The notes under the pieces were generated by a model that searched no databases, had not been told where the DNA came from, and was given only the letters and a program-made list of their open reading frames with translations. A stretch of DNA of 64,000 nucleotides from Laetmonice hystrix (Eukaryota). Shown piece after piece: positions 50,980 to 62,449 of this stretch. A program made the position numbers and the translations under genes. Location: contig OZ249447.1 in assembly GCA_965235115.1 (NCBI GenBank), positions 15,500,001 to 15,564,000 of the forward strand, read 5' to 3'. How positions within the stretch are numbered: position 1 is the stretch's first letter; each line of letters begins with the position of its first letter.

Positions 50980-53058
50980 AACTGTAGGTGGAAAGTCTAC
51001 CTACTGAAAGAGACGCTTTCTTAACATCTGATGTGCTCCCAGAAAGTTTTCAGTAGATACACGTAGTGACATTATTATATTGATCGCCAGTTGATTGTTC
51101 TGGATAAAAAAAAAACCTGAGAGTGGGATTTGTCTGAGCTGGTTCCAGCGGGTTAAGAAGATCAAGTTCCTTCAGGGACCATAGCTTATCGGACTATTGA
51201 TAATGATCTGCTGATGTGACCTTTGACCCCGATGGGTTCGGGGTGTACAGTGACCTCATGGCAGGGTATGTTTGGGTGGCAGTGGGGTAGAGGTGGGGGT
51301 TGACACCGGCAGACAAACACGGCAGTGTTGAGACTGGGGGCCAGGGGCGCCGACCCGGAGAGGGTGCGGGTTGAGATGGTCCAGGTGTTAGACACTCAGA
51401 CATATACCCTAGTGCTACAGCTGCAGTTTACTGGGGTTCCCGTAAAAACCCTTAGTCATTCCCAGACACGTCCATCGGAACAGTTTTCACGGTCAGCATG
51501 TCTCTGTGTAGGTTCTGCCATGAAAGTCCATATTCCATTTTCACTATCACGACTCAGCTGTACAGGCCTTCTGGCTCAGTGTTCCAGATTTATAATAGGT
51601 CATTTGGAAATAAATCGATGCAGATAAAAGTCCTGATTTCTCGTCAGTTTCATGCACTCACTGTTCAGAACCCGCCGCCAGTACCCGAGGAGCTGTCGCC
51701 TTCAGTTTGAGAAAGTTTGAGGCTAAGCTACGAGGGCAGGCCTCTCTTTAGTTTGTCCTAAACATTTGCTTGGTTTGGCCAGCGAAGTGGTATATACAGC
51801 AGGCGTGGCTCCGTCCAGACTCCCCGGCCGGCGGGGCCGTTATTGGAAACAAATTACTTACATATGTCGGAGAGCTGAAATTTATCAGAAAATGTCTCCC
51901 TGTGAAAAATGTGCTCACGTGCTTCAGATCATTAGGTGTCCTCTTGGGTTTCAGGTTCCTGGGCTTCTCCCCCCTCCCCACGTCTTTGCATGGCCACAGT
52001 AATATAAAACTTTCATGGATGCTTTTACTAAATACTTTGCGGCAGTAATGTCTGTATGGTTTTCAAAGTTAAGAAACCTCTATTGCTGAAAAAGTTTCAG
52101 GAAATTTAGAATCTCGTCATTTTGATGTATTGGGTCCAACAAAACGACGGGAGAAAATCTGAGCTGAATGTCGACGTCCCAAGCATGTGTAAGCACGGGT
52201 ATATATGAGTCGTTTTAGCCGGTTGGTCGTCGACACCCCGGTAGCCGTCAGCACTGACATGGCCTGGACGGGCCAGCGGCCGTAAATTAGGCCTGTAGTG
52301 TACTTAGTGGGCTCCCGGCTGGCCCACCGAGTGGCTTTAAATGGCCGCAGCACCGGTAAAGTGCAACAGTGTACCCCACAGGGGCACATACCAGGGGGGT
52401 CAGGAGGTCGGAGGTTACGATCCCTGCAGGGTAAGGGGTATGGGAGTGGTGGCTGGGTGTCAGTCAGCGGGTTGGGTTGGTCAGGTATGTGGACAGGAGT
52501 AGTAAATCAACGTTAAACCAGAGGGTCAGTGGCAGACCTGCAGGTCAGGGTCAAACCGGCAGGTCGGTTACAGATCAGCAGGTCAATACCAAATCAGCAG
52601 GTCATGAAGGTTGGTACCAAACCAGCAAGTTAGTAGCAAGAGGGATAAACCAGAAATGAGTCAGACTAAAATGTGATTACCAAACTGGAAGTGCCAAACT
52701 AGCAGGTCATTAGCAAATCAGACAATGGATCTCAAACCCGTCAGTCTGTAACCGTCTGTTGTCTCCCCGTGCGCAGGATGATGATCATTGCAATAAGTGT
52801 GTTTAGTACGTGTTTGATGACCTGTGAAAGGGAGTGACAATCACAATGGTAAAATTGTTGATTTTGAATATCTTCAATTTTATCATCTGAATCAAGAAGG
52901 GGATCCAAAGTTCGTATCAGTGCAGTCGACCTTAAAATGCGTCATTGTTCTGTTAAAAACTCCTAATCATGTTTACAATGACATGGTCTGTGAACAAGTT
53001 GAATCATGTCTGTGAATACAAGATGAGCGAAAGGTTGATGATGGGTCGACGATAGCGA

Positions 53059-53186
53059 TTCCTTGACCGGTGGTAGGCAGACACAGGTGTGACCCGGAGA
53101 TCCCTTGACCGGTGGTAGGCAGACACAGGTGTGACCCGGAGATCCCTTGACCGGTGGTAGGCAGACACAGGTGTGACCTGGAGATC
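53059..53186. repeat. 42-bp minisatellite, 3 copies
   Basis: Unit TCCCTTGACCGGTGGTAGGCAGACACAGGTGTGACCCGGAGA. Confidence 0.95.
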
Positions 53187-53535
53187 GCCACTCAGGTGTC
53201 AGATACCTGACTATGTGTCACGTAGATCAGGGAAACCTTTCATCTCACCGACACAAGACATCAGACGGCACCGATTTTGAAGGAAAATCCGAATCACCAT
53301 TGTGTTTCAGGTCACTGCGGAATTTTAACTTGAGTTCAAGGACTGAAGCATTGTGGAAAACAAAAGACGATCATCGGCGGGAGTGGTGGGGGTAACGGTT
53401 GGGGTGAGGGGCATGAGACGGGGTATTGGGCGATCCGTACACGGGGAGGGAGATAACTATAGGGGCGAGAGACTGATAGGATAGTACTAAGCTCCACGTG
53501 GAGTCGTATTGGATCCAGCCAATCAGAAGCGTTAA

Positions 53536-54064
53536 AGGGGCATATTATGAGGAAACGTTAAAAAATCGGTATTTCATAGAACTTTTGCTGTTTTCATAAA
53601 GAGATCCTTCATTAAAATTGCTTAGTAAACAAAGACAGACTTCTCAGTTTCATTTTGCGTGAGAAATCGAAGTTTATTAAGCTCCCTTGCCCGCTTCTCT
53701 GCCGATTTCGTAAAATATCTTTTGGGTGGCATTTTGATGCCGGGCGATCGAGTGCCACTGCTGAATTGTTTACAACTAAGCAAAGCACGTGACTAAGCAC
53801 ACGCAGAGGGTGCACACACAGGGTGTGACACAGTATGCAATTACACGGGTTGATGGGGGGTTGTCCGCCAAATTATGGCGGGAAATGTGCTATCGGGAGA
53901 AATCTATAGGTTTGGTCGTATAAAACCTACTTGTGCTGCATACGCAGCGAAAACACGTCGGAGGACAAAATGCTGTGGTAGGATTATTTACTTGGATCCC
54001 TAGTACACGGTCATGTTGGATAATTGCCGGAAATCCTCAAAAACGTGTTTCATAGCATGCCCCT
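53536..54064. mobile_element. Kolobok-type non-autonomous DNA transposon (TTAA TSD), 529 bp
   Basis: TTAA|AGGGGCATATTATGA..ACGTT at left; reverse complement of right end AGGGGCATGCTATGA..ACGTT, followed by TTAA at 54065-54068. AGG termini with TTAA fit Kolobok rather than piggyBac (CCC ends). Confidence 0.75.
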
Positions 54065-54664
54065 TTAAGCTATAAGCTTATAAGCAAGATCTTTAGTTTT
54101 TACGAACCGGACCCAGGACCCAAGACTGTGGTGGCGGCGTTTCGGTTCTGACGCCTGCGCAGTGCTTACATTCTTAATTCAGGTAGGAGATGGGGAGTTT
54201 AGTGGATGGGTGAAAGGGTGAGGGTGTAGGGGAAGGGGTGGTGTGAAGGGGTAAATACTGTTCTCAGAGGGGATGGGGATGGGTGTTACTCTATGGTTGG
54301 GTCGTGCGGATTAAACGATCACCGAGATCGTTCAGGGTGTGGGGTTCTAACCCTCGACACCCTCACCCCCGGGTGTGGGGGTAGGAGGGGTCCGGGGTTT
54401 CTCACCCCGGACATCCTGCCCACCAAACGTGACATTCACCCCCGGGTGTCGGGGTAGGGGGTTCCGGCACCACCCAGCGTAGGAGGGATATTGATACCCT
54501 AGATACCATACCTGTATATCATCTTATAAAATAAAAAAAATCTTGCATTTTTTTCTGAAAATAGTTTGCATATTTTACTGTGACTTTGCTGGAGCTCTGC
54601 AGTCGGTCATTGAAATCCTGATATCGGAAACCTGTGTTAGCGAAAGCTTCTGCTCCACCCATCC

Positions 54665-54928
54665 GTTATAGTGGTGTGGTATAGCCGAGTGGTCTAAGGT
54701 GTTGGCTCATGACACCTATGACCATCGCCTCACACCGCTGCGGTCCGGGTTCGATTCCTGGTCTGGGCTGCATGTGTGAAAGGTTTGTCAGTCAGTTCCT
54801 TCCCGAAGGTCGGTGGTTTCCTCCGGGCACTCCGGTTTCCTCCACCAAGAAAAATTGACTTTCATCATCATCATCACGTCCGTGATATGACCCTGGCTGT
54901 TGCAAGGCGTAAAACCCCAAATACCCAC
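54665..54928 (+). mobile_element. tRNA-derived SINE with V-domain-like core
   Basis: A-box TAGCCGAGTGG, B-box GGTTCGATTCC, core GGTGGTTTCCTCCGGGCACTCCGGTTTCCTCCACC (54812-54846), LINE-like tail, TSD CCACCCATCC at 54655-54664 and 54929-54938. Confidence 0.85.
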
Positions 54929-56446
54929 CCACCCATCCCGACCGTGGGAATTTCTCTGTCCACTGGGTAGGGTGAAGCCTAAACCCTTACCTGATATAAT
55001 TCACCGTAACAAACTTTGTGTCAAATCAAGGTGTTTCGGTAAGGGCGTACATAGGCAGGTAACCTAGGTAACGATTGATACCCCCACCCCACTCCACCCC
55101 GCTCCATGCAGTTAAACTAGTGTTGACCAATAAACATGAAAATGAAGATAGAAGTCGCCCTTTTATGCGCCAGATTAAAATCTGGAGTGCTCGTGTCCTA
55201 GATTATCAGAATAAACTCTGTGGGAAATTGCCATTATACTAGTATAATGCACTATGCTGAGTAAAAAAAAGTTTAAAACACTTCAAATATTGTAATTTTT
55301 TGGGGTTGTAATTGTTGCAGGGGTTACTCCGGGCAGTCCAATCTATCAGTGCATGGGTTGGTGTTGGGGGGGGGGGCGGTTTTAAACGGTGGGGGCTCCC
55401 TGTAGTGATCGCACAGCCGGCTGGGGTCCAGGGAGGCGGGAGGGGGCTGGGCCTGACAGTTGGTAACTTCATCTCTGCAAACAAGGCTCAATATTGACAA
55501 TTCACCTGGTCCCAAGTAGGGTGCAGGGTATCACCCCCTCATCGCCACCCACCCTCCCCATCTGTGGCACCCAACCCTACTGCCCTCAGCCCAGATAAGT
55601 CGAACCTCTCAATCAGTCCAGCCACAAGTACATTTCCTGGCAGGTTGCCATGGAAACAGGAGGAGAAGGAGTGGTCTGTATGAGGGATGAGCCTGAGACT
55701 AAACTCGGCGGGTAAGTGCATCCCCCCTTCCCACCCCTCCCCATCACTCCTAGCCCAGGCCTTTCAAAAATGGCCCTGGTATAACCACTTAGTCTGAGTT
55801 TGTGTCAGGAAATACTTGTGTATTAAAAGTTCACGCATGAATTAATTCTAAACGTGGGTTAAAGGAGGGATTCGCCTAACCATATCTCATGCGTTTTTAT
55901 AATTTTCCTGCCTCTCTACTGTATGTAGGAAATATATTTAGTTATTTATCGTTTATTATGTTTAAAAACGAGATTAAAACGTCGGTAAAGTAACATCCCT
56001 TTTATCTTAAGAAGGAGGAAACTTATATAAGTAGGAGCAATATATCAGTTATGTGCAGGGGAAACGCTAAGTTATATAAGTAATATAAAACTTTTGATTT
56101 ATATTGGTTTATATAGCCAGATCAAAGAGCCAACATTGGCTTGGAGTGTTTCTATTGGATGATGAAGTGTGGGGCATGTACCCAGACTGAGCGACCCTTC
56201 TTTCCACTCGGAGTCACGTGACCATAGACCGGGCACCAACTGAAACCTGTGCAGAGGGACGGAGGGGGCCGAGGTGGAAACCACTGTAAATATCATCGTA
56301 CAGTGAAAGTTGCTGCAGGAAGCTGTTGTTTTATAGCGAGTAATGGCTTGACTCTGTTACGGAAACAAGGAGGGAAAAACTCGCGATGGGTAGACCAGAG
56401 GTTATCATGGCAGCAAAAACATTTCAGATAACAGAAACATCATGGA

Positions 56447-56523
56447 GAGATAACATGGTATCTAGAGATAACATGACATTTAGAGATAGCATGGCATTTA
56501 GAGATATCATGGTACTTCATGAT
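56447..56523. repeat. Degenerate 18-bp repeat, about 4 copies
   Basis: AGAGATAACATGGTATCT-like units. Confidence 0.75.
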
Positions 56524-58587
56524 GTATGTATCCTGGGTGGTTACACTGAGGTCCCTTTGAAAGGTGTACATTTAAACTTGGTCAAATATATCTGAAGGGT
56601 GGCAACCGGTAGTGGGGGGGGGGGGGGGGAATTTCAAGGTCGTCAAGGTACGTTTTGCTGAGATGGACTCGTAATGAACTGTTGACCAGGTATTAAAACT
56701 GACCTGTTTATTACTCACAAGCGGGTAACTATTGGTGTCAGTAGTTTGACCGGGTAACAGTTGGCGGTTTCAAATGAAGAGAAAAGAATGCTGATTACTT
56801 TGGCCATAGGGCAGGTACTTCCTGGTCATTGGAGCATGGTATGATGGGACAGTAAAAGTCCTACCAGTGGTCATTATTACCTCCACTCGAGGAAAGATCC
56901 CAGCCACAAGGTTAGACATGAAAGGAAGCCAAGGGGTCGGAGGGCGGGGAAATTACAGAGTAGGGTTGGATGGATGAGAGGGTCAGTGAAAGGGTGTTTG
57001 GCCAGGTCGGGGTCATACCCCGGGTCAGGGTAGGGTATTCATTTACCACAGGTATGTGCGTACCTGTAGGTCCCTTTATAGGCCAATCAGAGCCGTGGAT
57101 GTCTGGAAAGGGAAAACGAGGCAGGGTCTTGCCACGGACGGGTTCTATAGAGTTACTCACGTTTGAAATCCTTTGTGACTCACCTGAGCGGCTCACCTGA
57201 GCAAGAGTCGGGGTAGTTCTTTGATATTATAGCCTCGCCACCTCACCGTTTTCATAATACGACATGATTTAATCAGTTTGAGTGGAGTGTCCGATTACCG
57301 TCACTTTACACCGGCGGAGACAGGGCAGGGGTGGGGGTAATCTTCTTACCCCACCCCCTGAACGTCAGGCCTGACAGGGTGGGAGTAGGGGTGTGGGGTG
57401 GGATATATGGAGAGCGGGGTGTCGCTGAGGTGGCAGAAGTCATTAAAAGGAACACGGAGGTATGAATGCATACCTGGTCTTATATTAACCGTGTACGTGC
57501 CAACGTAAAGTGCCCCGGGACAGCAGCGGCCTTGTATACTGCTTTCACCTCTGTTTCAAACGTTTTTCTATTTATCAAAAAAAGCCAACTGATAATGGAT
57601 CACTCCCAACTCTCAGTCGTGTAGTACCATGAATATGGTATCACTATAGTGTTTGTCTCTTTCTGACTCCATGAAATAAGGCGGGTAATAGTTGTAACAT
57701 GCCGAGGTCGGGCGACTCCCAGCCATGTCTGCATGCGTGTCGTTACCATTGCGGGATGTTAGATCACTGCTTTGTTAGTTTTCATTTGGCAGTTCGATAC
57801 CAGTTACCTACAGTACAGCAAGAAAGAAATACCCCCACAGAATTATTTTGATAGTTTTCTATTATACAGTGGTATTGACATAGAGTTCTCAACGATGACT
57901 TGATAAGCTCAGAGCTGAGGTATGTCTGCCCAGTTTAACCCCACCAACCCCTTTTTGCCCCGCACCCTCCCCCCGCATCTACATGCTCTGAGACGTCTAC
58001 CCTTGCACCCTTTGATCGTTATTTTTTGCTGACTCGTCATTTTTCTGACCTTACCATGATACCTGTGATACCTCGCCGTGATAAGTTACAAGGTAAAAAC
58101 ACGCGGCCCGTTGTCAGGCTGTTTTTTGCCTGGGGTGCCTCATATTTTTGGGCGACCCCTGTGCCCAGAAGACCGTGACTGCCCGACCTGTAGGGGGTGT
58201 GAGGATTACCCCTCACGACCTGGTACCCCACCCCACGGCACCGTGCCCCTTTGATCTCTACCCCAAGGTCACAGTGAGTAGATTAGGGTCACACCCTTGG
58301 AATCCTTAAAAACGACAATTCTGACGTGGATCTCAGGTAGGGACGTCTTTAAATTCACCGAACCTTCTTCTCCTCGGGATGGGGGAGACAAATATATGGT
58401 TTTGTCATCGGTGGAGGCAAAATATGACAAGGTTTGGTATGAGGCAAACTTTGGCGCTTGGTGTTTGGGTATGAGGCAAAATATGGTGGTGTTTTAGGCT
58501 TAGTAGGACCATTTAGTCTCCTTGGCCGGAGGCACTAAGATGGTGTTGGATGTGGATAATGTATATGCATGCACGTTTAAAACCGCA

Positions 58588-59026
58588 TTGGATATCCTCG
58601 GCCACCGACGGGAGAGTTTTGGATGTCCTCGACCACCGACCAGAGAGCTTTGGATGCCCTCGGCCAACGACCAGAGAGCTTTGGATGCCCTCGGCCACCG
58701 ACCAGAGAGCTTTGGATGTCCTCGGCCACCGACCAGAGAGCTTTGGATGCCCTCGGCCACCGACGGGAGAGTTTTGGATGTCCTCGACCACCGACCAGAG
58801 AGCTTTGGATGCCCTCGGCCAACGACCAGAGAGCTTTGGATGCCCTCGGCCACCGACCAGAGAGCTTTGGATGTCCTCGGCCACCGACCAGAGAGCTTTG
58901 GATGCCCTCGGCCACCGACCAGAGAGCTTTGGATGCTTTTGGCCACCGACCAGAGAGCTTTGGATGCCCTCGGCCACCGACCAGAGAGCTTTGGATGCCC
59001 TCGGCCACCGACCAGAGAGCTTTGGA
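58588..59026. repeat. 31-bp minisatellite, about 14 copies, 155-bp higher-order unit
   Basis: Unit TTTGGATGCCCTCGGCCACCGACCAGAGAGC; the variant block GACGGGAGAGTTTT..CTCGACC..GGCCAACG recurs 155 bp later. Confidence 0.97.
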
Positions 59027-59064
59027 CGGGGAGGAGGCGGGGTACATGTTTGTGACACGTGGTG

Positions 59065-59761
59065 GCCAGTCCAGTCACCGGTCACACCAAGAGTCAGCCG
59101 TTCGGGCCGGGATCAGGGTCCAGTCCAGTCACCGGTCACACCAAGAGTTCAGCCGTTCGGGCGGGATCAGGGTCCAGTCCAGTCACCGGTCACACCAAGA
59201 GTCCAGCCGTTCGGACCGGGATCCGGGTCCAGTCCAGTCACCGGTCACACCAAGAGTTCAGCCGTTCGGGCGGGATCAGGGTCCAGTCCAGTCACCGGTC
59301 ACACCAAGAGTCCAGCCGTTCGGACCGGGATCCGGGTCCAGTCCAGTCACCGGTCACACCAAGAGTTCAGCCGTTCGGGCGGGATCAGGGTCCAGTCCAG
59401 TCACCGGTCACACCAAGAGTCCAGCCGTTCGGACCGGGATCCGGGTCCAGTCCAGTCACCGGTCACACCAAGAGTTCAGCCGTTCGGGCGGGATCAGGGT
59501 CCAGTCCAGTCACCGGTCACACCAAGAGTCCAGCCGTTCGGGCCGGGATCAGGGTCCAGTGCAGTCACCGGTCACACCAAGAGTCCAGCCGTTCGGGTCG
59601 GGATCAGGGTCCAGTGCAGTCACCGGTCACACCAAGAGTCCAGCCGTTCACACCAAGAGTCCAACCGTTCGGGTCGGGATCAGGGTCCAGTCCAGTCACC
59701 GGTCACACCAAGAGTCCAGCCGTTCACACCAAGAGTCCAACCGTTCGGGTCGGGATCAGGG
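59065..59761. repeat. 54/55-bp minisatellite, about 12.5 copies, alternating dimer
   Basis: GGTCCAGTCCAGTCACCGGTCACACCAAGAG core with alternating TTCAGCCGTTCGGGCGGGATCAG / TCCAGCCGTTCGGACCGGGATCCG ends. Confidence 0.97.
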
Positions 59762-61442
59762 ACAGATGTTTAAAACTGCCTTTATTCTGATCCTCACGGG
59801 TGTCTGACAAAGTCATTCTCTGACCGGCTTCTAAAGACTTTAAGACCCCCCTGCCCCCACCCCCACTGCCGACCCCCGCCTACACCCTCCTCCGACAGCT
59901 GTGGCCCTAAGTCCCAGCCGGGCCGGCCCCCATAAGTCATCTTAATGAACTCATTAGTTGGCCCCTAATTACTGGCCACGTGTAAAATGACCTACGAGCC
60001 CGTGCTTCAGCTGGCCAAGGTTCCGAAACTACCCCTGTCCAGCCTGAAATGATTTGTTAAAACAAGGCCCCGCAAGGTGTTGGAATGTTGGAAGACCCGC
60101 AGGTCGTAATGGTAGACCTAAAGAAAGGGGTCGCTATGGCCTGCAGGTTCTGTTCAGAGCATCAGCAGACGTCACTGTGAGGGTGTATGGGGAGAATCAT
60201 ATGACAGGGACACAGGCCAGGGAAGGCGGGGCGAACTCAGGTATAGCCCTAATGACTTTGGTTTCTTATCGTAAACAGACTGGCCAGATTGGGGCGCTTG
60301 GTGACTTGCTATCACGGGTTTGAGACCACTCGTGTGTGACAACAGTTCCATGTGAATGAACCGAGCACCCGTCATAGCTTCTCATTAGAAATATAGGTCA
60401 TCCTCAAGGAAAGTCCCTCAGATTTAGTGGTATTGCCACTGGCTGACCTCGCGGGATTTCAGACAGATATAAAGTTCCGAGTTAGAATCGGGCCAGGCTG
60501 TATTTTCTCCTGGACTAGGTTGATCAGTCAGTTGGTCAATGAGGTTAGTTAGGGTTAATGAGGGTCACAGTGAAGGATGTGGACGGCGAGGAGACGGTCA
60601 GGCCGACAACGGATCGCATCTGGTTTATGTGGAGCCATGCAGACGTTAGGGTTTTTACCTGGGTATGGTGCAATAAAAAACAAGATGCCTCAGGCTAGGC
60701 TGGGGAACCTCTCAGCTCAGGGTAAACAACAGAATGGAAACTTTGTTTGTTTAGAAAGCTAATGCTACCAGGCCGTCGGGGTCTGTGGTAGGAGATAGGG
60801 TAGGGACTGAGGGTGGAGGTTTAGGATGGGGTAATGGCATGGGGTTTGGGACTAGGGTGGGGCAGTCTACCCCCATTCCCCAACCCCTGGCACACGGCAG
60901 TCGTCGATAAGACACGTTATCTTTTGTATCTGAGTCTGGAGGTAACAGTAAGAAGAGATTTCACTGAAGTTTGAGTGAGAGAAAAGGTTAATTCAGATTT
61001 AGGTTTGACATAGGAAGTCTGGTCCAGTCTACCATAAAACACCAGACATGGGGTGGTCGGGTCTCCATCAGCTGGTTTCCACACAGTACTGTTGTCGGGC
61101 AGAGGTCACGGAGTGGGACTTGGCCTGAGGTGACCGACCGACCGTCTAACTGCCGTCCTTGGTTGACAACCAGGGATCGCCTTCTGTCGGATTAAAGTTG
61201 AGCTTAATACATTTGACCCAATTTATGTATGAAAGTAGAGTTTACAATATAACATGGGATGATAGGTGTTTTGTCAGGAAGGCAAGTGTAGTGTTGTGTA
61301 GCATTCAGTATCCTTGACCGGCCGGGTGAGTACCTATTTGTGAGCTGGTAGACATGATCAGGTTAGGCACTGCACTGGACAGGTCAGTCAGACAGCCTGA
61401 TTGCTCAACGACAAAGGGTCATGGGCCAATACTGCCCGTCTC

Positions 61443-61759
61443 CCACCTGACCAGAGGTCCACCTGACCATGGCCCACCTGACCATGGCCCACCTGCTCAC
61501 GCTCCACCTACCTGAGGCCCACCTGACCATAGCTCACCTGACCATGGCCCACCTGCTCACGCTCCACCTACCTGAGGCCCACCTGACCATGGCCCACCTG
61601 ACCATGGCCCACCTGCTTACGCTCCACCTACTTGAGGCCCACCTGACCATGGCCCACCTGCCCGCGGTCCACCTACCTGAGGTCCACCTGACCATGGCCC
61701 ACCTGCTCACGCTTCACCTGACCATAGCTCACCTGACCATGGCCCACCTGACCATGGCC
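61443..61759. repeat. 15-bp minisatellite, about 21 copies, 60-bp higher-order unit
   Basis: A=CCACCTGACCATGGC, B=CCACCTGCTCACGCT, C=CCACCTACCTGAGGC in order AABC AABC AABC, then decay. Confidence 0.96.
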
Positions 61760-62360
61760 TACTCGCGGCCCACAGGTATAGCCTCCGGGAATTGGTCGTA
61801 TGGGAATCCTTCAGTTCCGAACTACAAGCTAGTGATACCGAGTATACCAAAGTGAATCTATCCATCATGCATATGATTTCGATAATTCTCTTCATGATTT
61901 ATTGCAATGCTCTTACGAATATGAAAAACATTTAATCTGAGGCGTTTATCATGATAAAAGCAACATTTTGTGAATCATATCAAGATACAGAGCGCCGGCA
62001 TCGCCCAGCGATATAAACCATGTAGGACTTCCTGGATCCATGAAATATCTGCCCTCTTCATGTCTGTAACAAGATAATTTCACATGTTGGGGTTTCTCCC
62101 CGACCCTCGAGACCCAAGCAGCACATTGGACAACGTGCGGCACTCTGTTTTAATAAAACCTCGAACCCGGCGGCTGCTGACGTGGGCGACATCTGGTGGT
62201 CGTTATCGGTGAGGTCAGCTCTGCCTGGCAGAGGGCGCCGAACTCCGCATGCGCAGTTTGAAACCTAAACATGTTGGGACCGCTTCTGGTCAAGGGTGAG
62301 CTGGGCCTAGGGAGAACACGCCTATCTGGGTCCAGCGGGAACCAGCCTACTTCGGCCCAA

Positions 62361-62449
62361 GTTAACCACGCCCACCCAGACCGTAGGTAACCACGCCCAT
62401 CGGAGTTCAAGTTGACCACGCCCATCTTGGTCCAAGTTAACCACACCTA
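62361..62449. promoter_or_regulatory. Four KLF/SP-like motifs at exact 25-bp period
   Basis: GTTAACCACGCCCA-like 14-mer at 62361, 62386, 62411 and 62436 with divergent 11-nt linkers. Confidence 0.5.

Noticed and set aside
43554-51229. Perfect DR1 nuclear-receptor elements at 43554 and 51217
   Set aside because: TGACCTTTGACC-type words and GGTCA are common in this DNA, so isolated matches carry little information.
54068-54117. Harbinger-like right end (TTTTTACGAACCGGACCCAG)
   Set aside because: No matching left end was found, so no element could be delimited.
54673-54770. tRNA gene
   Set aside because: A and B boxes are present but no cloverleaf is evident, and they are followed by a SINE core, tail and TSD.
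58500-59807. ORFs of 150-407 aa on both strands
   Set aside because: They lie within the 31-bp and 54/55-bp arrays; the units lack stops in several frames and the translations are phase-shifting repeats.
61469-61855. His/Leu-rich MAHLT repeat ORF
   Set aside because: Coincides with the 15-bp minisatellite, which is stop-free by chance.
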